From: Isurus oxyrinchus
Taxonomy: Eukaryota
Assembly (NCBI GenBank): GCA_026770705.1
Contig: JANJGN010000021.1
Location: 90,210,001 to 90,274,000, forward strand
Length of the DNA: 64,000 nt
Direction of reading: 5' to 3'
In this document: piece by piece, positions 1-13,260 of the stretch
How positions within the stretch are numbered: the stretch's first letter is position 1
Layout of the letters: the number at the start of each line of letters is the position of its first letter
Translations under genes and position numbers: made by a program
Notes under the pieces: model-generated
The model's database searches: none
Told to the model about the DNA's origin: nothing
The model's input: only the letters and a program-made list of their open reading frames with translations

Positions 1-659
1 GCTCAGCAGGTTCCAAATAAATCAGTAATATCAATATATTGCAATTATCCGTGTAATCCAGAGCAGTCAGGCGCTTAGTTCGACAGCTTTTGACTAATTT
101 AAGTTGAGATAGTACATTCCAAGGAGCAGAATTGAGTCCATTTGTCTTCTTATACTTCTTTTGGACCCAATATATTTAGGTTTTGCGAAGGCTAAACTTT
201 GCATTTCTGAATATAACAGGATATGTGTAAAGGCGTTGGTAAGATGAAAAAAACATGCTAAGGATTTGATTAGAGTGATAATGGTTTTTTGATTTACCAC
301 ACCCACTCTCGCGGTCTTAAACACCTTTCTCTTTGCCTTGACAAGTCAAGAAGACTGGTGGTGCAGTCGACTGGAAAGTGCCCGCGACTGGAATTGAAAA
401 AAGATGGTAGAATATGGCGTTTTCTTACATATGTGGACTTCATCTCTCTTTCTGTGTTTAATGGGTTTGCGAACCAGTAAAGTTACCGGGGCTAGGCCGC
501 ATTCATGCATAAGCAACTACATCTGATCACAGGTTACAGCTTGGTGAGTGTCGAGGATCAGGAGCAGTAATCCATCCAGCTATGAATTAGACTGTGGCTG
601 ATCCTTCCCCCACCTACCCCAACACCCCTCCACCAACACACACAACACTCTCCATTTCT

Positions 660-3000
660 CTATGCACTTTATGGCTCTTATTTATAGAACCTAGGATGTT
701 GTATGCTTTATTAGCTGCTTTCTCAACCTGTGCTACAGCACCCATCGACTTATGCACCCATGAATCTCTGCTCTTGTTGTTCATCAGGATTTTAGATAAT
801 ATTATTGCCTATTCCTACAGCAAATGAATCGCTTCATACCTCTTTGCATTAAATTTCATATTTCCCTTGTCCATCTATTCCACCAAGTTTTTTAATTACT
901 TTTAAGTTCTAAATTATCCTTATAATAGTTAACATTTCCTCCATATTTTTTATCCTCTAGTGCATTTGAACAGGCGCCCTAGTTCAGTTGCCTATTTCGT
1001 TAAAACACACCAGGAAGATTGCGGGTGCAAACAATGGCACCTGGGGAACTCCAATATAAAACCCCCTCCTGTCTGGGAAAAAAAATCACCATTAACTGCT
1101 ATTCTGAGTTTCTGTCACTCACCCAATTCCATTTCTTTTTTTTTGCTAATGTCTATTTTATTCCATGAGCCCTAAAGATTTTCAAATATTTGTTGAATGG
1201 CATTTTAGCAAATTATATTTGAATGTCCCTGTGCAGTACGTCAGCAAGATTGCCATCATGGGCCATCTCTTTTTCATTTCAGCAAAAAAAAACATCTCAA
1301 TTGGTTAGGCAACAAAATTTGCCTTTAACAGATCAGTGCTGCTTTCCTTAAGTAATCCACTTTAGCCCAAGTGACTATTAAATTTGACCGTATTGTCATT
1401 TCTTGAATCTTGACCACCATTGAGGTTAAACTCGCTGGCATGTCATTGTTTGCTTTAACTTTGCATCCTTTTGGAAAGTGGTGCAACATTTGCAATTTTC
1501 CAACCCTGTGACACCAATTTTGGGAATAAGGAAGTTTGGAAAATTATGGCCAGCGCATCTGCAATTTCCACTCTGGCTTTGCTTTGTATCATTAGACGTA
1601 TTTTATCTGGTCCTGGTATCTTACCTGTAATGTAGAGAGCCTATCCCATACATTCTCTTTCTTCAACATGAAAAGTGTGCCCCCTTCTTTCTTCTTAAGG
1701 AGAGATGCAAGTTACTGATTTATTACCTCAGCTACATGTTCTGCCTATATGAGTAATTACTTTTCTTGGCTCCTAAAATGCCCCATTCGCCAAAATGTTT
1801 TTATTTTTATATGGCAATATCTTTTTTGTTCCCTTTATGCTAGCCGCCACTCTCTTCACATCATCTCTCTTTGCTTCTCTTATTTAATTTTTTACTTTCC
1901 CTCTGAACCATCTATATGCAGCCTGGTAGTCAGCTATACTACCCATCTGTCATTAGTGAAATTTTTCATTTCCATCTTAAACTCTATCACTTTTTCTTCC
2001 AAACTGGGCACTCTGTATTTATGGATTTTTTTTTCCACCGTGGGAATATGCCTTGTTTTGGCCCGACCAAGCTCTTCCTTAAATATAATTGATTGTTCGG
2101 TATATTCTTCCCTGCCAATCTTGAATACAATTTTTTCTGTGTCAGATACATTCGTGCCCTGACATTTTTACCTGTCAACCTGTGCATGGATTTTCCTTGT
2201 TCATAGACAACTAAAAACTCAGGACACAATATTGACTGCCCTCTTCTTATTCTCCAACTAACACATGATCAATTGGATGGCCTGATTCCCATGAACCACG
2301 TACAAAACTGATTCATTCCTTGTTGGACTGGAAATGCGTTTGTGCGGCAAGTTCTCATGGGCACATTTTAGGAAGTCTTCCCGCTCTCTGCCATGTATTC
2401 ATATCATTGTAAATATATTATAAATATATGTAGTTCTTTCACCTTGCTGTACTATACTTGCAAAGTTAATTCTATTCATTCTCCCACTATTTTCTGGCCC
2501 ATAGACTGCAGCGAATAATATAATTGTACCACTCGTTTTAGCTCTCAGCAGTATTCAGAGCTGAACACTAGCTGGGAGCTAGATGCCCTTAGTGGACTTG
2601 TGCCTGTTTCGTCCTGACAGCCCAGTGGTCACCAGCTCTTTATATCCCCACCTAATTTTAAACTGCGCTGTTTCCAGCCTGATGCATGTGCATTCGAAAC
2701 TCTCAAACTCATAGGTGTGTCCAGTCACGCCAGCTGCTGCTCAATCTTGGAAACCCAGAGTTCGAGCTACTGGAGGTTTCAACACTACCATATCCTTTTT
2801 TTCCCCGAGAAGTCCAGTTTGGAAATTCTGCAATGATTATTTTGTAAGGTACTGAAAAAGTCAAAATGTATAAAAGTGACTGGAGGTTCATTATGTGAGA
2901 CCATTGTGAATCTTCACACTCCTCCATCTCCTGCTTAACATCTAATTCTCTGTAGACTTCCGGAATGCTGAAGGTACATCTCTGACAATGTTTATTTTTC
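660..3000 (-). mobile_element. Old, degenerate CR1-type LINE (RT/EN remnants and a possible ORF1 remnant)
   Basis: Antisense CR1-like RT traces, e.g. accattgaggttaaactcgctggc corresponding to the NYRPVSLTS region; many indels. Confidence 0.6.
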
Positions 3001-3479
3001 TGTATTCAGTTCTACTGGGAAGCACTGGACAGTTACACACCTTATCTATCAATTCAAAGACTACAATCCACAAGTTTGGCTCATTTTCCATCTATAATCC
3101 ATTATTTCTTCCAATGTTCAATTCATAATTAAACGTTGATACTCAATATATTAGCTTTCAGTACTTTCAGTCATTCTTTGTGATCATAATAAGTATCTGC
3201 ATCTCTGCAAAATGTCTACTTACATGCACAACTGCTCGCAATATTTGCATGACATTTGTTTTTCATTGAATTGAACACACCCTAAATAAGCATCAGGTAG
3301 ACCGCATCACCCTTTTTGGCCTTTGCTATCAAAATTTCCTCTCTGCGACTGCACCAAACCCTGTGCTGAACTTTTGAACCAAGCTGTTGGTCCCTTCACC
3401 GTCTTTAGATATGATAATCTGTCCCTTTATTGTCTCAATTGTCATGACCATCTAAATCAATCGCTTATCTTTGCTTGTC

Positions 3480-4870
3480 GAAGTCGATCTCATGCATAAC
3501 GTTTTACCAATGCAGTGTTAATTTCCAGCGTGCAATGCTTCAAAAGCATTATGGCACTTCCATCACTCTGAGGTACACTATCATCGGGCTAATCCAAAAT
3601 TTTTTACCAGTATCTTACGCTCAATCAACTCATGTGTGTCCATCGGTCATATTCAATACAAGTTTCTGATCCTCCAGTGCATGAATTAAGAATTATCACA
3701 CGTGTTTAACTTAATACATGTCTTCATCGCTACATAACATTCTAGTCTGCTCTAGACTTCCAAGCTCCTAATTATCCTCTCATGGCTCTCTGAGTGCCCA
3801 TGCATGCATTTTGCTGCATTTTTGGCAGTTATTTATTCAACAGTCTCAGAAATATCCACTGGACCTGCTTCCCTAAAACTCATCTCCTCTTCATGCTCTG
3901 CACATTAACAACTTTGTTAACATACATTTCGCTGGCCACTCTTACAATTTTGTTTGTCACTCTAACCATTTCCTAATCTAGCTCAGGTCATTTGTTTTTT
4001 CTGCTGATGCTTTTTGCGAAACAACTTGTTGTGGGCTCTAGGGTGATGATGTTCATTAATGTACACAACTGTTTGTGTTGTTGTTATTTTTCAACAGACT
4101 ATAAATATTATGCATGTATGGGAAATTCATCGAAGTTATTTAATGCAACCAAAATTCCCAATAAATCTGAAAGTTTATGATGTATTAACGTGAAAATAGT
4201 AGTCAACAAATGTAATGACATTGCTTTGATGCTCCCCATTTAAGACATCAAAATATCACAAAGCGCGTCACAGGAGCTTCACCTCTAACAATAATGACAT
4301 TGAGGCATCAAGTCAAACTTTGGGAAATTGAGCGAAAACTTGGCAAAGTGTAGGTTAAAGTTGGATAATATTTGTGGAGAATGTTGCCGATATTTAGCGA
4401 GACAAAACAGCCGAAAGCACATCCGGAAATCACTGGAAAGGAATGAAGTCAGAGATAGAGCAAACTTGTTGAGCTGCGGAGGAAGGGTGGAGCTGCTGGA
4501 CTGAACGATGTTATAGTTATATGGATTAGGAGGGGGTGAGACATTTTGCCACTAGAATGAAAACGGTACAATTGAGGTGCTTTGTACTGAGATCCAATGT
4601 GGTTACTGAACACAAATATGCTGGATTAATCGGACCTGGTAAGAACCAAGTCTTGAGAAGCATCTTGTTGCAGGAGATCGAATTTCTTGAGAGTATTAGG
4701 TGTAAGGCATCCAAAGTTGAAGGCAACAAAAACATGGGTGAGGTTTTCCTTCTGATCTATTTTGAGACGAAGGATGGCATAGCTGATAGTATGGGCGCTC
4801 AAGAGAAGGTCTTAGTAATGGAGACGATATGAGCTTGGAAGCTCAAGTAAGAATCGAAAATGTCGCTGGT
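3480..4870. mobile_element. Two highly decayed L2-like fragments (+ ~3480-3990; - ~4190-4870) flanking microexon 1
   Basis: Resemblance to L2 3' regions, judged by eye only. Confidence 0.35.
4098..4115 (+). CDS. Microexon 1 (18 nt): DYKYYA
   Basis: ttgttatttttcaacag|ACTATAAATATTATGCAT|gtatgg; phase 1-1; terminal T joins the next exon's TG to give Leu. First residue assumes an upstream G. Confidence 0.6.
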
Positions 4871-5309
4871 ATCTTGACATATTAGTTGCAAAAATTTGAG
4901 CCTGCTGTTCCATACATAAAATTATGAAATGAATATATAATGTAAGCCTTCACATTCACACCAAATGTTTGCACGGAAAATATTGTTGTATGCGATTTTT
5001 AAAAAAATGAATGTTAGTCTGGACACAGAATATATTTACATGTCTCCAAAGTTTATAAGTTCATAGACCCAAGCACATTTTTCTATTTTAGAATATCTAT
5101 AACATTTCATTTCATTGTAAAATAATTTACAATGCTCTAAAATTATGCATCACCATACCAGTGCCCCAATGACAATTACTTCTCTTAACATTGAACAAAG
5201 GCTTTAAAGCCTGCTGTTCACTCCTGTAGGTTAAACTTATGACCTCTTTATTAAAATCAATGTATCTAATTTAGCCTTACACTTAAACTGTTGTTTATTT
5301 TTCTAACAG

Positions 5310-5336
5310 TGAGGCAACTTCTTATGAAGGATAAAG
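5310..5336 (+). CDS. Microexon 2 (27 nt): (L/V)RQLLMKDK
   Basis: tgtttatttttctaacag|TGAGGCAACTTCTTATGAAGGATAAAG|gtaaat; paralog of 40397-40423. Confidence 0.85.
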
Positions 5337-6139
5337 GTAAATGAACAAAGACACGTTTTCCACTACAACAATTATTGACACCAGTTCATTAGGATTAGAT
5401 AGAGGAAACCAAGTGCTGCCATAGACAGTTCACGATATTCCAGTATTCATTTACATGGACGGGAAAATACGAGCTGTTTTTTTGCGTGAAACAGGAAAAA
5501 AACAACGTGTGGCATAGAATTCTAATTTTAGATCAAAGCATGAAAGAACATTCCACAATTTGTTGAAAAATCAACTATTATTGCAACCCAGAATGAAGAG
5601 CTAATGGCTGAACATTACGGCCCCTCCCCGACTTCGGGATTTTCACGGGTCGAATTTAATGGAGATTTGAACGGCTCGCTGCATATTGCGCCGATTGCCT
5701 GTAGATATGACACACGGGCGGATCCCTAAGATGCAGCCAATCAATTCCTGTCTGCGTTGTGCATCGTCAGAATTTTATGTTTACCACCTTCTATTTTATG
5801 GTAGGCGTTTTACCCAAGGCAACATGCTAATAGATCAATCATTTAACAGCGCCCATATTTTTGCCTTAAAATCGGAGGTGGTAATCTTGCAGGGCCTAAT
5901 ACTTTATCCTGTATAAAATCACCCCACTTTAGTCTGCACATTTCTGGATACAATACATGTAGTTTAAAAAAAACATAAAAAAGACTTACGACGGGGTACG
6001 GTATACCTGTAGTGCAAAGTAAGATGATAAATTTATAACATCTGCTTCAGCTGACTGAACCATTATCCATATTTAATACTGCCTCACCTCCCTCTTCCCA
6101 TTATGTACCACAAAGTCATCCAAGCAATTGTGTATTCCT

Positions 6140-8030
6140 TTTTTTTATTGTTTCACGGGATGCGGGCGCCGCTGCCAAGGACAGTATTTTTTGCTCATCC
6201 CTAATTGCCCTGCAGTCCACGTGGCGTAGGCACACCCGCAGTACTATTAAGGACGGCATTCCAGGATTCTTACCCAGCGACACTGAAGAAACGGCAATTT
6301 TATGACCCAGCAGCTGCGACCCCGAGGGCAGGGCCGTAAAATATGACGAGCCACACAAAAACCCATTGAGCTCGGTGCAATGATTAAATCTCACAGGTGG
6401 AAGGGGCCACAAATTTCGGCTCAATGGCCTAGTTAGCATTTCAGGCTGGTGTATGGCTTGGAGGGGAGCTTGCAGGTTGTATTGCATCCAGCCTTCTGCC
6501 ACTGTCCTTCAAGTGGTCGCTGGTTCAGAAGGTGCTGTTGAAGGAGCCGTGGTGAATTGCTGCAGTGCATCTTGTAGATGGCACACACTGATGTCACTGT
6601 CCGCTGGTGATCGAAGGGGTCGATGTTGACTGTGGCAGATGGGCTGCCAGTCAAGTGGCATACTTTGTTCTGGATGGTTCTTGAGCTTCTTGAGTGTTGT
6701 TGACGGTGCTTTCATCCAGAGTATTCCATCGCACCCCTCCATTGTACATGGTTGGTGGTGTTCTTGCTTTGGGAGTCAGTAGGTGAGTTATTCACTGCAG
6801 AACCACCAGCATCTGACGAACCCCCATGGCCACAATATTTGCATGTCTGGTACAGTTCAGGCTTTGGTCAATTGTTAACCCCAGGATGTTGGCATTCAGT
6901 GATGATAATCCCATTGAATCTCAAGGTGAGATTATTGGAGTCTCTCATTTTAGAGGCCCCCGTTGCCTATCTATCACTTGCGTGCCACAAATGTTAATTG
7001 CCACTAACCAGCCCAATCCTGACTGTTGCCCATGTCTTGCTGCATATGGTCACGGACTGTTTCCATATCTGAGGAGATGCAAATGGTGCTGAACATTATG
7101 TGACCATCAATGAAAATCTTCAGTTATGACCATGTGATAAAGGGGAGGTAATTGATGCAGCAGTTGCAGGTGTTTGGACCGTTGTCTCTCCTTTGAGAAA
7201 GTGCTGCCGTGGTGGCCTGTGCCTGATGTTTCTCACCTCCAACAACCACAATGATCTCACCTTGTGCTGGGTATGACTCCAACCGGTGCATAGCTTTCCA
7301 TTATTCCCATTGACTCCAGATTTACAAGTCTGTTTGATGCCGCACTCGTTCAAATTTTGTCTTGATGCAAACAGCAGTCAATCTCACCTCACCTTTGATG
7401 TCAACGCTTTTGTCCATGTTTGTGCTTAATTTCTAATGGCGTCTGGAGCCGAAAGGCCCTGGCAGACCCCAAACCAACCGACAGTGAACAGGTTTTTGTT
7501 GAGTGTCTCTTGATAGCACCCCTTCCAACACTTTGCTGATGATCGAGAGTAACCTAATGATGCAGTAATTGGCCACACTGGATTTATTTTGATTTTGCTT
7601 CTTGTGGACAGTATGTAGCTAATCAGTTTTCCACATATCGGGGTAGATGCCATTGTTGTAGCTGCACAGTACAATTATCCTTCAGTTCTATGCTAGAATG
7701 TTGTGAGGGCCACAGCCATTTCAGCATCCAATGTCTTTAATCGTTTCTTGATATGCCGTAGAGTAAATGGAACTGACCAGAAATTGTCACATCTGTTGCT
7801 GGGGACCTCAGGAGGAAGCTGAGATGGATCTACTCGGCACATATGACTGAAGATTTTTGCATTTAACTCAGCCTTGTATTTTCTGCTGAAGTGTTGTTGT
7901 GTCCTATCAATGAGGATGGGGTAATTTCTGAAGCTTCCTCCTCCTATTATTGTCCACCATCATTTATGACTTAAAAAGCCAGGACTGAAGGGCCTATAAC
8001 TAATCTGTTGGCTGTGGGATCGTTGAGCTG
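6140..8030 (-). mobile_element. 5'-truncated CR1/Jockey-group LINE, second family, antisense
   Basis: Family 3' terminus (antisense ...tttttgctcatccctaattgccct) shared with copies at ~21370, 44650, 50100, 52380, 61975; RT remnants. Confidence 0.7.
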
Positions 8031-8303
8031 CATAAGGCTTGTGTGGGGCTCCGTCCTGTGAATACTGTCAGAGGCCGATGCACATAGATGGATGAGACAA
8101 GTTTATTTACATGTTTGTTTCTTGTCGGGAAAAGAAAATTAGTAAATACCTGCAAGCTGCTTTCATCTTTATTCGATCCAGGTTTAAGTTTGAAAAGAAA
8201 AAAACACCTATATATTTAGCAAATAACTATTAGGAAAATCCAGTTCATCATAATGGAAGTGAAATAATCAATAATCTTGTTCGTTTTGACTTTGTTTTTT
8301 CAG

Positions 8304-8339
8304 AAATAGATTCACTGAAGGAAAATGTACAAAATGCCG
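8304..8339 (+). CDS. Microexon 3 (36 nt): EIDSLKENVQNA
   Basis: ttttgactttgttttttcag|AAATAGAT...AATGCCG|gtgagg. Confidence 0.85.
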
Positions 8340-9116
8340 GTGAGGGGAATCTTTTCGAAGTACACAGGGCACGACCTAAAGATACAAGCAACTATGCTTA
8401 ACAAGACCAGGTTCAACACGAATAAGTAACGCATTTTTGCAGGGAATACAAGTCCCTGAAAGCAGCAGGAGATTTATTTAAATCATCATTATTTTGGTGT
8501 TGTAGTCACACTTTAACGCAACCAACTGATTCAACAGTAGCTATTTAAAATGCACTGTATATATCATACGGTTTTTGAAAACAAATGCGTTGGAGCAAGT
8601 AGTTATTTCATAACATTTACATTCAATTAAATATTGAAAGTTGCAGTTGCAGACTTTCGCCCATCCAACCTGGACAACACGTTAGAAAGGATTACATTTA
8701 AAACAAGATTTTCTTTTGCCTGTAGCAAAACTAACAGTTCATACATCCATTGAAAGGCGATCCTGCTGACGAAACTTATAACTAGACAACGACTTGATAT
8801 TCGTATGTTCTCCCCATTTAGAATCAGTGTAATTCCCGAATTCGTCAAACACGAATTCCTTTACACTCGAACTTTAATAGTTTCAACTTCTGGAATTATT
8901 CAGAGTCAGCATTTTGTGTGAAACATTAATTCAAGATAAGGACAAAATACATAATTATTATTAAAGATAATCATATTTGTCACAATGAGATATAGCTCTT
9001 TTCTGAAGCCCAAACCTGACGAAGCAAAAGGACTGTGCATTTTCCAGTCAGCTTGAGCTTCTTGCCATTGATGTTAACGGAAACTAGATATGATGAAAAA
9101 CGGACTGCTGTTTTCC

Positions 9117-10484
9117 CACAGCTACCTCGACTACAGCTCCTCACACCCCGCTTCCTGTAAGGACTCCATCCCATTCTCCCAGTTCCTTCGCCTTCGTCGC
9201 ATCTGTTCCGATGATGCTACCTTCAAAAACGGTTCCTCTGACATGTCCTCCTTCTTCCTTAACCGAGGTTTTCCACCGACGGTCGTTGACAGGGCCCTCA
9301 ACCGTGTCCGGCCCATCTCCCGCGCATCCGCCCTCACGCCTTCTCCTCCCTCCCAGAAACATGATAGGGTCCCCCTTGTCCTCACTTATCACCCCACCAG
9401 CCTCCGCATTCAAAGGATCATCCTCCGCCATTTCCGCCAACTCCAGCATGATGCCACCACCAAACACATCTTCCCTTCACCCCCCTTATCGGCATTCCGT
9501 AGGGATCGCTCCCTCCGGGACACCCTGGTCCACTCCTCCATCACCCCCTACTCCTGAACCCCCTCCTATGGCACCACCCCATGCCCACGCAAAAGATGTA
9601 ACACCTGCCCCTTCACTTCCTCTCTCCTCACCATCCAAGGGCCCAAACACTCCTTTCAAGTGAAGCAGCATTTCACTTGCATTTCCCCCAACTTAGTCTA
9701 CTGCATTCGTTGCTCCCAATGTGGTCTCCTCTACATTGGAGAGACCAAACGTAAACTGGGCGACCGCTTTGCAGAACACCTGCGGTCTGTCGGCAAGAAT
9801 GACCCAAACCTCCCTGTCGCTTGCCATTTTAACACTCCACCCTGCTCTCTTGCCCACATGTCTGTCCTTGGCTTACTGCATTGTTCCAGTGAAGCCCAAC
9901 GCAAACTGGAGGAACAACACCTCATCTTCCGACTAGGCACCTTACAGCCTTCCGGTCTGAATATTGAATTCAATAACTTTAGGTCGTGAGCTCCCTCCCC
10001 CATCCCCACCCCCTTTCTGTTTCCCCCTTTTTTCCCCTTTTTTTTCCCTATAAATTTTATAGATTTTTCTTTTCCCACCTATTTCCATTATTTTTAAATA
10101 TTTTAAAATCTTTTATGCTCCCTCCACCCCCACTAGAGCTGTACATTGAGTGCCCTACCATCCATTCTTAATTAGCACATTCGTTTAGATAATATCACCA
10201 ACTTTAACTTTAACACCTATGTGTTCTTTTGTACCATTGTCACTGACATCTTTTGATGATCTGCTTCTATCACTGCTTGTTTGTCTACACAAGCACCTCT
10301 GTCTCTCTCTCTCTCTCCGCCCCCCCCCCACACACACACCTTAAACCAGCTTATATTTCAACTCTTTCTTGGACTCGAAATCAAGTTCTGTCGAAGGGTC
10401 ATGAGGACTCGAAACGTCAACTCTTTTCTTCTCCGCCGATGCTGCCAGACCTGCTGAGTTTTTCCAGGTAATTCTGTTTTTGTT
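9117..10484 (+). mobile_element. Young 5'-truncated Penelope-like retroelement (RT C-terminus, GIY-YIG endonuclease, 3' pLTR region)
   Basis: HSYLDYSSSHPASCKDSIPFSQFLRLRRICSD; Cys linker CPRKRCNTC; LVYCIRCSQCGLLYIGETKRKLGDRFAEH...GLNIEF. Single TGA at 9555-9557. Direct repeat CTGCTGTTTTCC at 9105-9116 and 10485-10496. Confidence 0.93.
10384..10422 (+). ncRNA. Minimal type I hammerhead ribozyme-like motif of the Penelope-like element (variant core CUGUCGA)
   Basis: AGTT-CTGTCGA-A-GGGTC-atgag-GACTC-GAAA-CGTC-AACT; stem I AGTT/AACT, stem II GGGTC/GACTC, putative cleavage after C10418. Confidence 0.65.
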
Positions 10485-10602
10485 CTGCTGTTTTCCTAGC
10501 TGTCGAGTTCGGTTGCTACCAGCTAGTCTCTATAAACGAATGTCATGGACTTCAATGCTGAAATGTGCATTCTATAAGAAAAAAAAATGTTAATTTTTTC
10601 AG

Positions 10603-10629
10603 AGATCAATCTACGTTTGAAGGAAAGAG
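10603..10629 (+). CDS. Microexon 4 (27 nt): EINLRLKER
   Basis: taattttttcag|AGATCAATCTACGTTTGAAGGAAAGAG|gtaact; paralog of 22828-22854. Confidence 0.85.
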
Positions 10630-12047
10630 GTAACTTAAATTAGTTAGGGATGTCGCTGCGACAATGGAGAGTAATCAATATTGTTAATTGTGCATTGCCA
10701 CTTGATTTAAAAATGTTGTAAATGGAAGTTTTTAAAAAAAAAAAACAAAACGTGTTATTTTTATGATGACTTATCTCACGCTGGTCAGTTCGGTGTCTTC
10801 CGCATGCCCCTTTGCATTTACGATAACTTAATCCTTACGGTGGAAGCTATCACTGCTGTTTAGCGAAAGCACTGCAACAATACTTCAGTAGAGTAAATGC
10901 AATTGTAGGGTTAAACACTGGAACAGTTTGCTACTATGTAATGGTGTCAGCTGATGACGATCAACGTTCCATTTTCAACTTGCTGGTCCAAAGTGAATGT
11001 AATGTTATCCGTGAACTTCCATTTGTATTGTTTTAATTAAAAAAAAAAGGATAACATCACCTTGTTATAAACACTGGTTACTTAATGCTGGTTTCATGCT
11101 GCAGTTGCAAATCAAAATGGATTAGCAGGAGTGCCCTACAGGCTGGATATGAAATATTCGTGTCCTCTCATCCAATCCACTCGATATTTAGTTGAGCTGA
11201 ATGCGGTGGAATCAAATTCAAGGCACACGATAACATCTCTTCTCCTTCCCCAAACAGACTTCCTGGTTTTCAGTGAACTTCACGTGGAACATTACGCGTC
11301 ATGCAATAGTTTGACAATATAATGGATTGGTTTTTGCTCTGAGCAATGAAGGAATTGTTTTTAACCTGTGTACAATCCGTCTAAGATTTTAGCCAGCTTT
11401 GGAGAAAGTACACTGGGAATCTAAAACCGATGAACAGAAGAACCCAATAAAATGGCTCTTCAGCTTATCAGGTTTAAGTATCCACAACACGATAGATCAT
11501 TTAAAAAACATGTATTTCGTTTATAATCAGAATTCATAAATCACATGCAATTTACTGAATTGATTTAGAGGTAAACATATGATTCAGGGAAATCATTAAT
11601 AAAATACAACTATAAAACTATGAAATATATATCAGGTAAAAAGGACTATAAAAGATAGTTTTATTCTGTGCAATGAGTCTATATTATGCAGATGGTTTGG
11701 AGCTCAACGCCAAAGCAAAAAATAAAGTTTTCAACATGTGGGAAAGCAATGCAAATTAAGCAAGGAATGATTTCATTCGAGAATTTCCTATGAAAACATT
11801 ACAAATTCATAGAATTGTCAGGAAAGGCATTCCCCCAGTATGAAACAAAGCATCTTTCTCACGTACACTATTGCATATAATGTCAGGAATTAATTGATAA
11901 ATAGGCACTGTTTCAAATATGAAAAAATAAACTTGCACCAGTTGGCAGTGATGAAAGGCTAAATATTGAAAAGCAACAGAAGAGAAATGTTGTAATGATG
12001 ACCTGTTTAAAATGTAAATTACAAAGGATTTTTAAAAAATATTTCAG

Positions 12048-12083
12048 AAGTGGAAGATCTGAAACTAGCTCTACAGAAACAAA
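12048..12083 (+). CDS. Microexon 5 (36 nt): EVEDLKLALQKQ
   Basis: tttaaaaaatatttcag|AAGTGGAAGATCTG...CAGAAACAAA|gtgaga; keeps heptad register; pyrimidine tract is weak. Confidence 0.75.
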
Positions 12084-12329
12084 GTGAGAAAACACTCATC
12101 TAGTATAATATGCCAATGTGTTTTTTTTTAAATCATTAAGTTGCAATTGTATTCATTGTAGTTTAGATTTGCATTTTGTCCAAAGCTGATCATTGTGCCT
12201 TTGAATTGCCAGTGTGGTAGCATGATAATGGTGTTAAGATTGGTATGATTCTCAAGCTATTACATTGTATTTACAGTACAGTAATAGACAAGAAAAGAAA
12301 AAAAAAAACACAATGGCAGGGTCTATGAT

Positions 12330-13260
12330 CCAATAGAACCTGTATCTTCCCTTATTCATTGAGAAAATCAACATTTTGTTAGTGCCTTTCCACGGATAGA
12401 CTAAACCAGCCATCCCAAGATGCATCTATGTTTCTCTATTCAAAAACTTAGTTTGATAGTGAGTTCCATATTTTAAACAATTTTTGAGTAACGAAGTTTC
12501 CCCTGCAATCTATATTAACATTCCTAGTACCAACATGTTTATGCCTCATGGCTTTGAGCCCTCCATAAAGTGGAAACTTAATATGTTCTTGTGCTCTATT
12601 TAAGTCTTACATAAAATTATATGCCTCTAATACGGTGACGATGTAGCCTTCCCTTTTCTGGTGGTTAGGAATAAAACTTAGCATTCTTTTCTGTCATGTT
12701 TTACAATTCAATTATCCTGTCATTTTCAAGGAACATGCCTGATACTGCAGGATTGCGTTCATAAGGTTATGACATAGAGACAAAAAAGGTGCAAATTATC
12801 CTAAATGTTTTAATGGACGAATTATACAGTTTTAAGATGCTTCCTCTGACTTCCATTGCTATACCGCTATAAATCAACGCTAGCACTTCATTTGTTTTGA
12901 TGGTGTTTAAGCTCTGCCAAAACTTTTGGTGGTGTGTTCATGTACCATTAGTTCCTTTTGCTCCTCAACAATTTTAGACACTAGCTGTACAAGTGATATG
13001 CAGCCTCATTGTTTCATCTGCAAAAATGTGCAATTTTACATTCACTTATCTTGATGGCATTTTGCAAATTGCATGCCCATTCCACAATTTTGAAATGCTG
13101 CATTTATTTTGCCGCAGTATTCCACAATAATTGCCTCCAATACCATTTCAACCTTTCTGCTTCACAGTCAGTTTTGATTAATACATTCTATATTTCTGCT
13201 TTGAAGCTTTACCTGGATAAGAAAGGATCCTGCACACTTTGTATAAAGTTCATATTTTGT
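12330..13260 (-). mobile_element. Very old CR1-like LINE 3' part
   Basis: Degenerate antisense CR1 3'/RT-tail pattern. Confidence 0.4.

Noticed and set aside
346-549. Possible upstream exons: 346-406 (SRRLVVQ...LKKDG, phase 0->1), a signal-peptide-like MVEYGVFLHMWTSSLFLCLMG reading, and a consensus gtgagt donor at 544
   Set aside because: Acceptor (aag) and donor (gtagaa) are weak, and the frames leading into the 544 donor contain stops. Cannot be supported without cDNA.
1749-2162. Hydrophobic multi-TM-looking ORFs (1749-2162, 13009-13395, 23909-24268, 38845-39249)
   Set aside because: Antisense of A-rich LINE sequence, T-rich intron or microsatellite; no exon structure.
9131-10078. Several overlapping long ORFs on both strands
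   Set aside because: Shadow frames of the GC-rich Penelope coding sequence.
11531-11570. Other AG..GT candidates (11531-11570, 40030-40055, 45993-46018, 55456-55482)
   Set aside because: Not multiples of 3 and/or contain an in-frame stop in phase 1.
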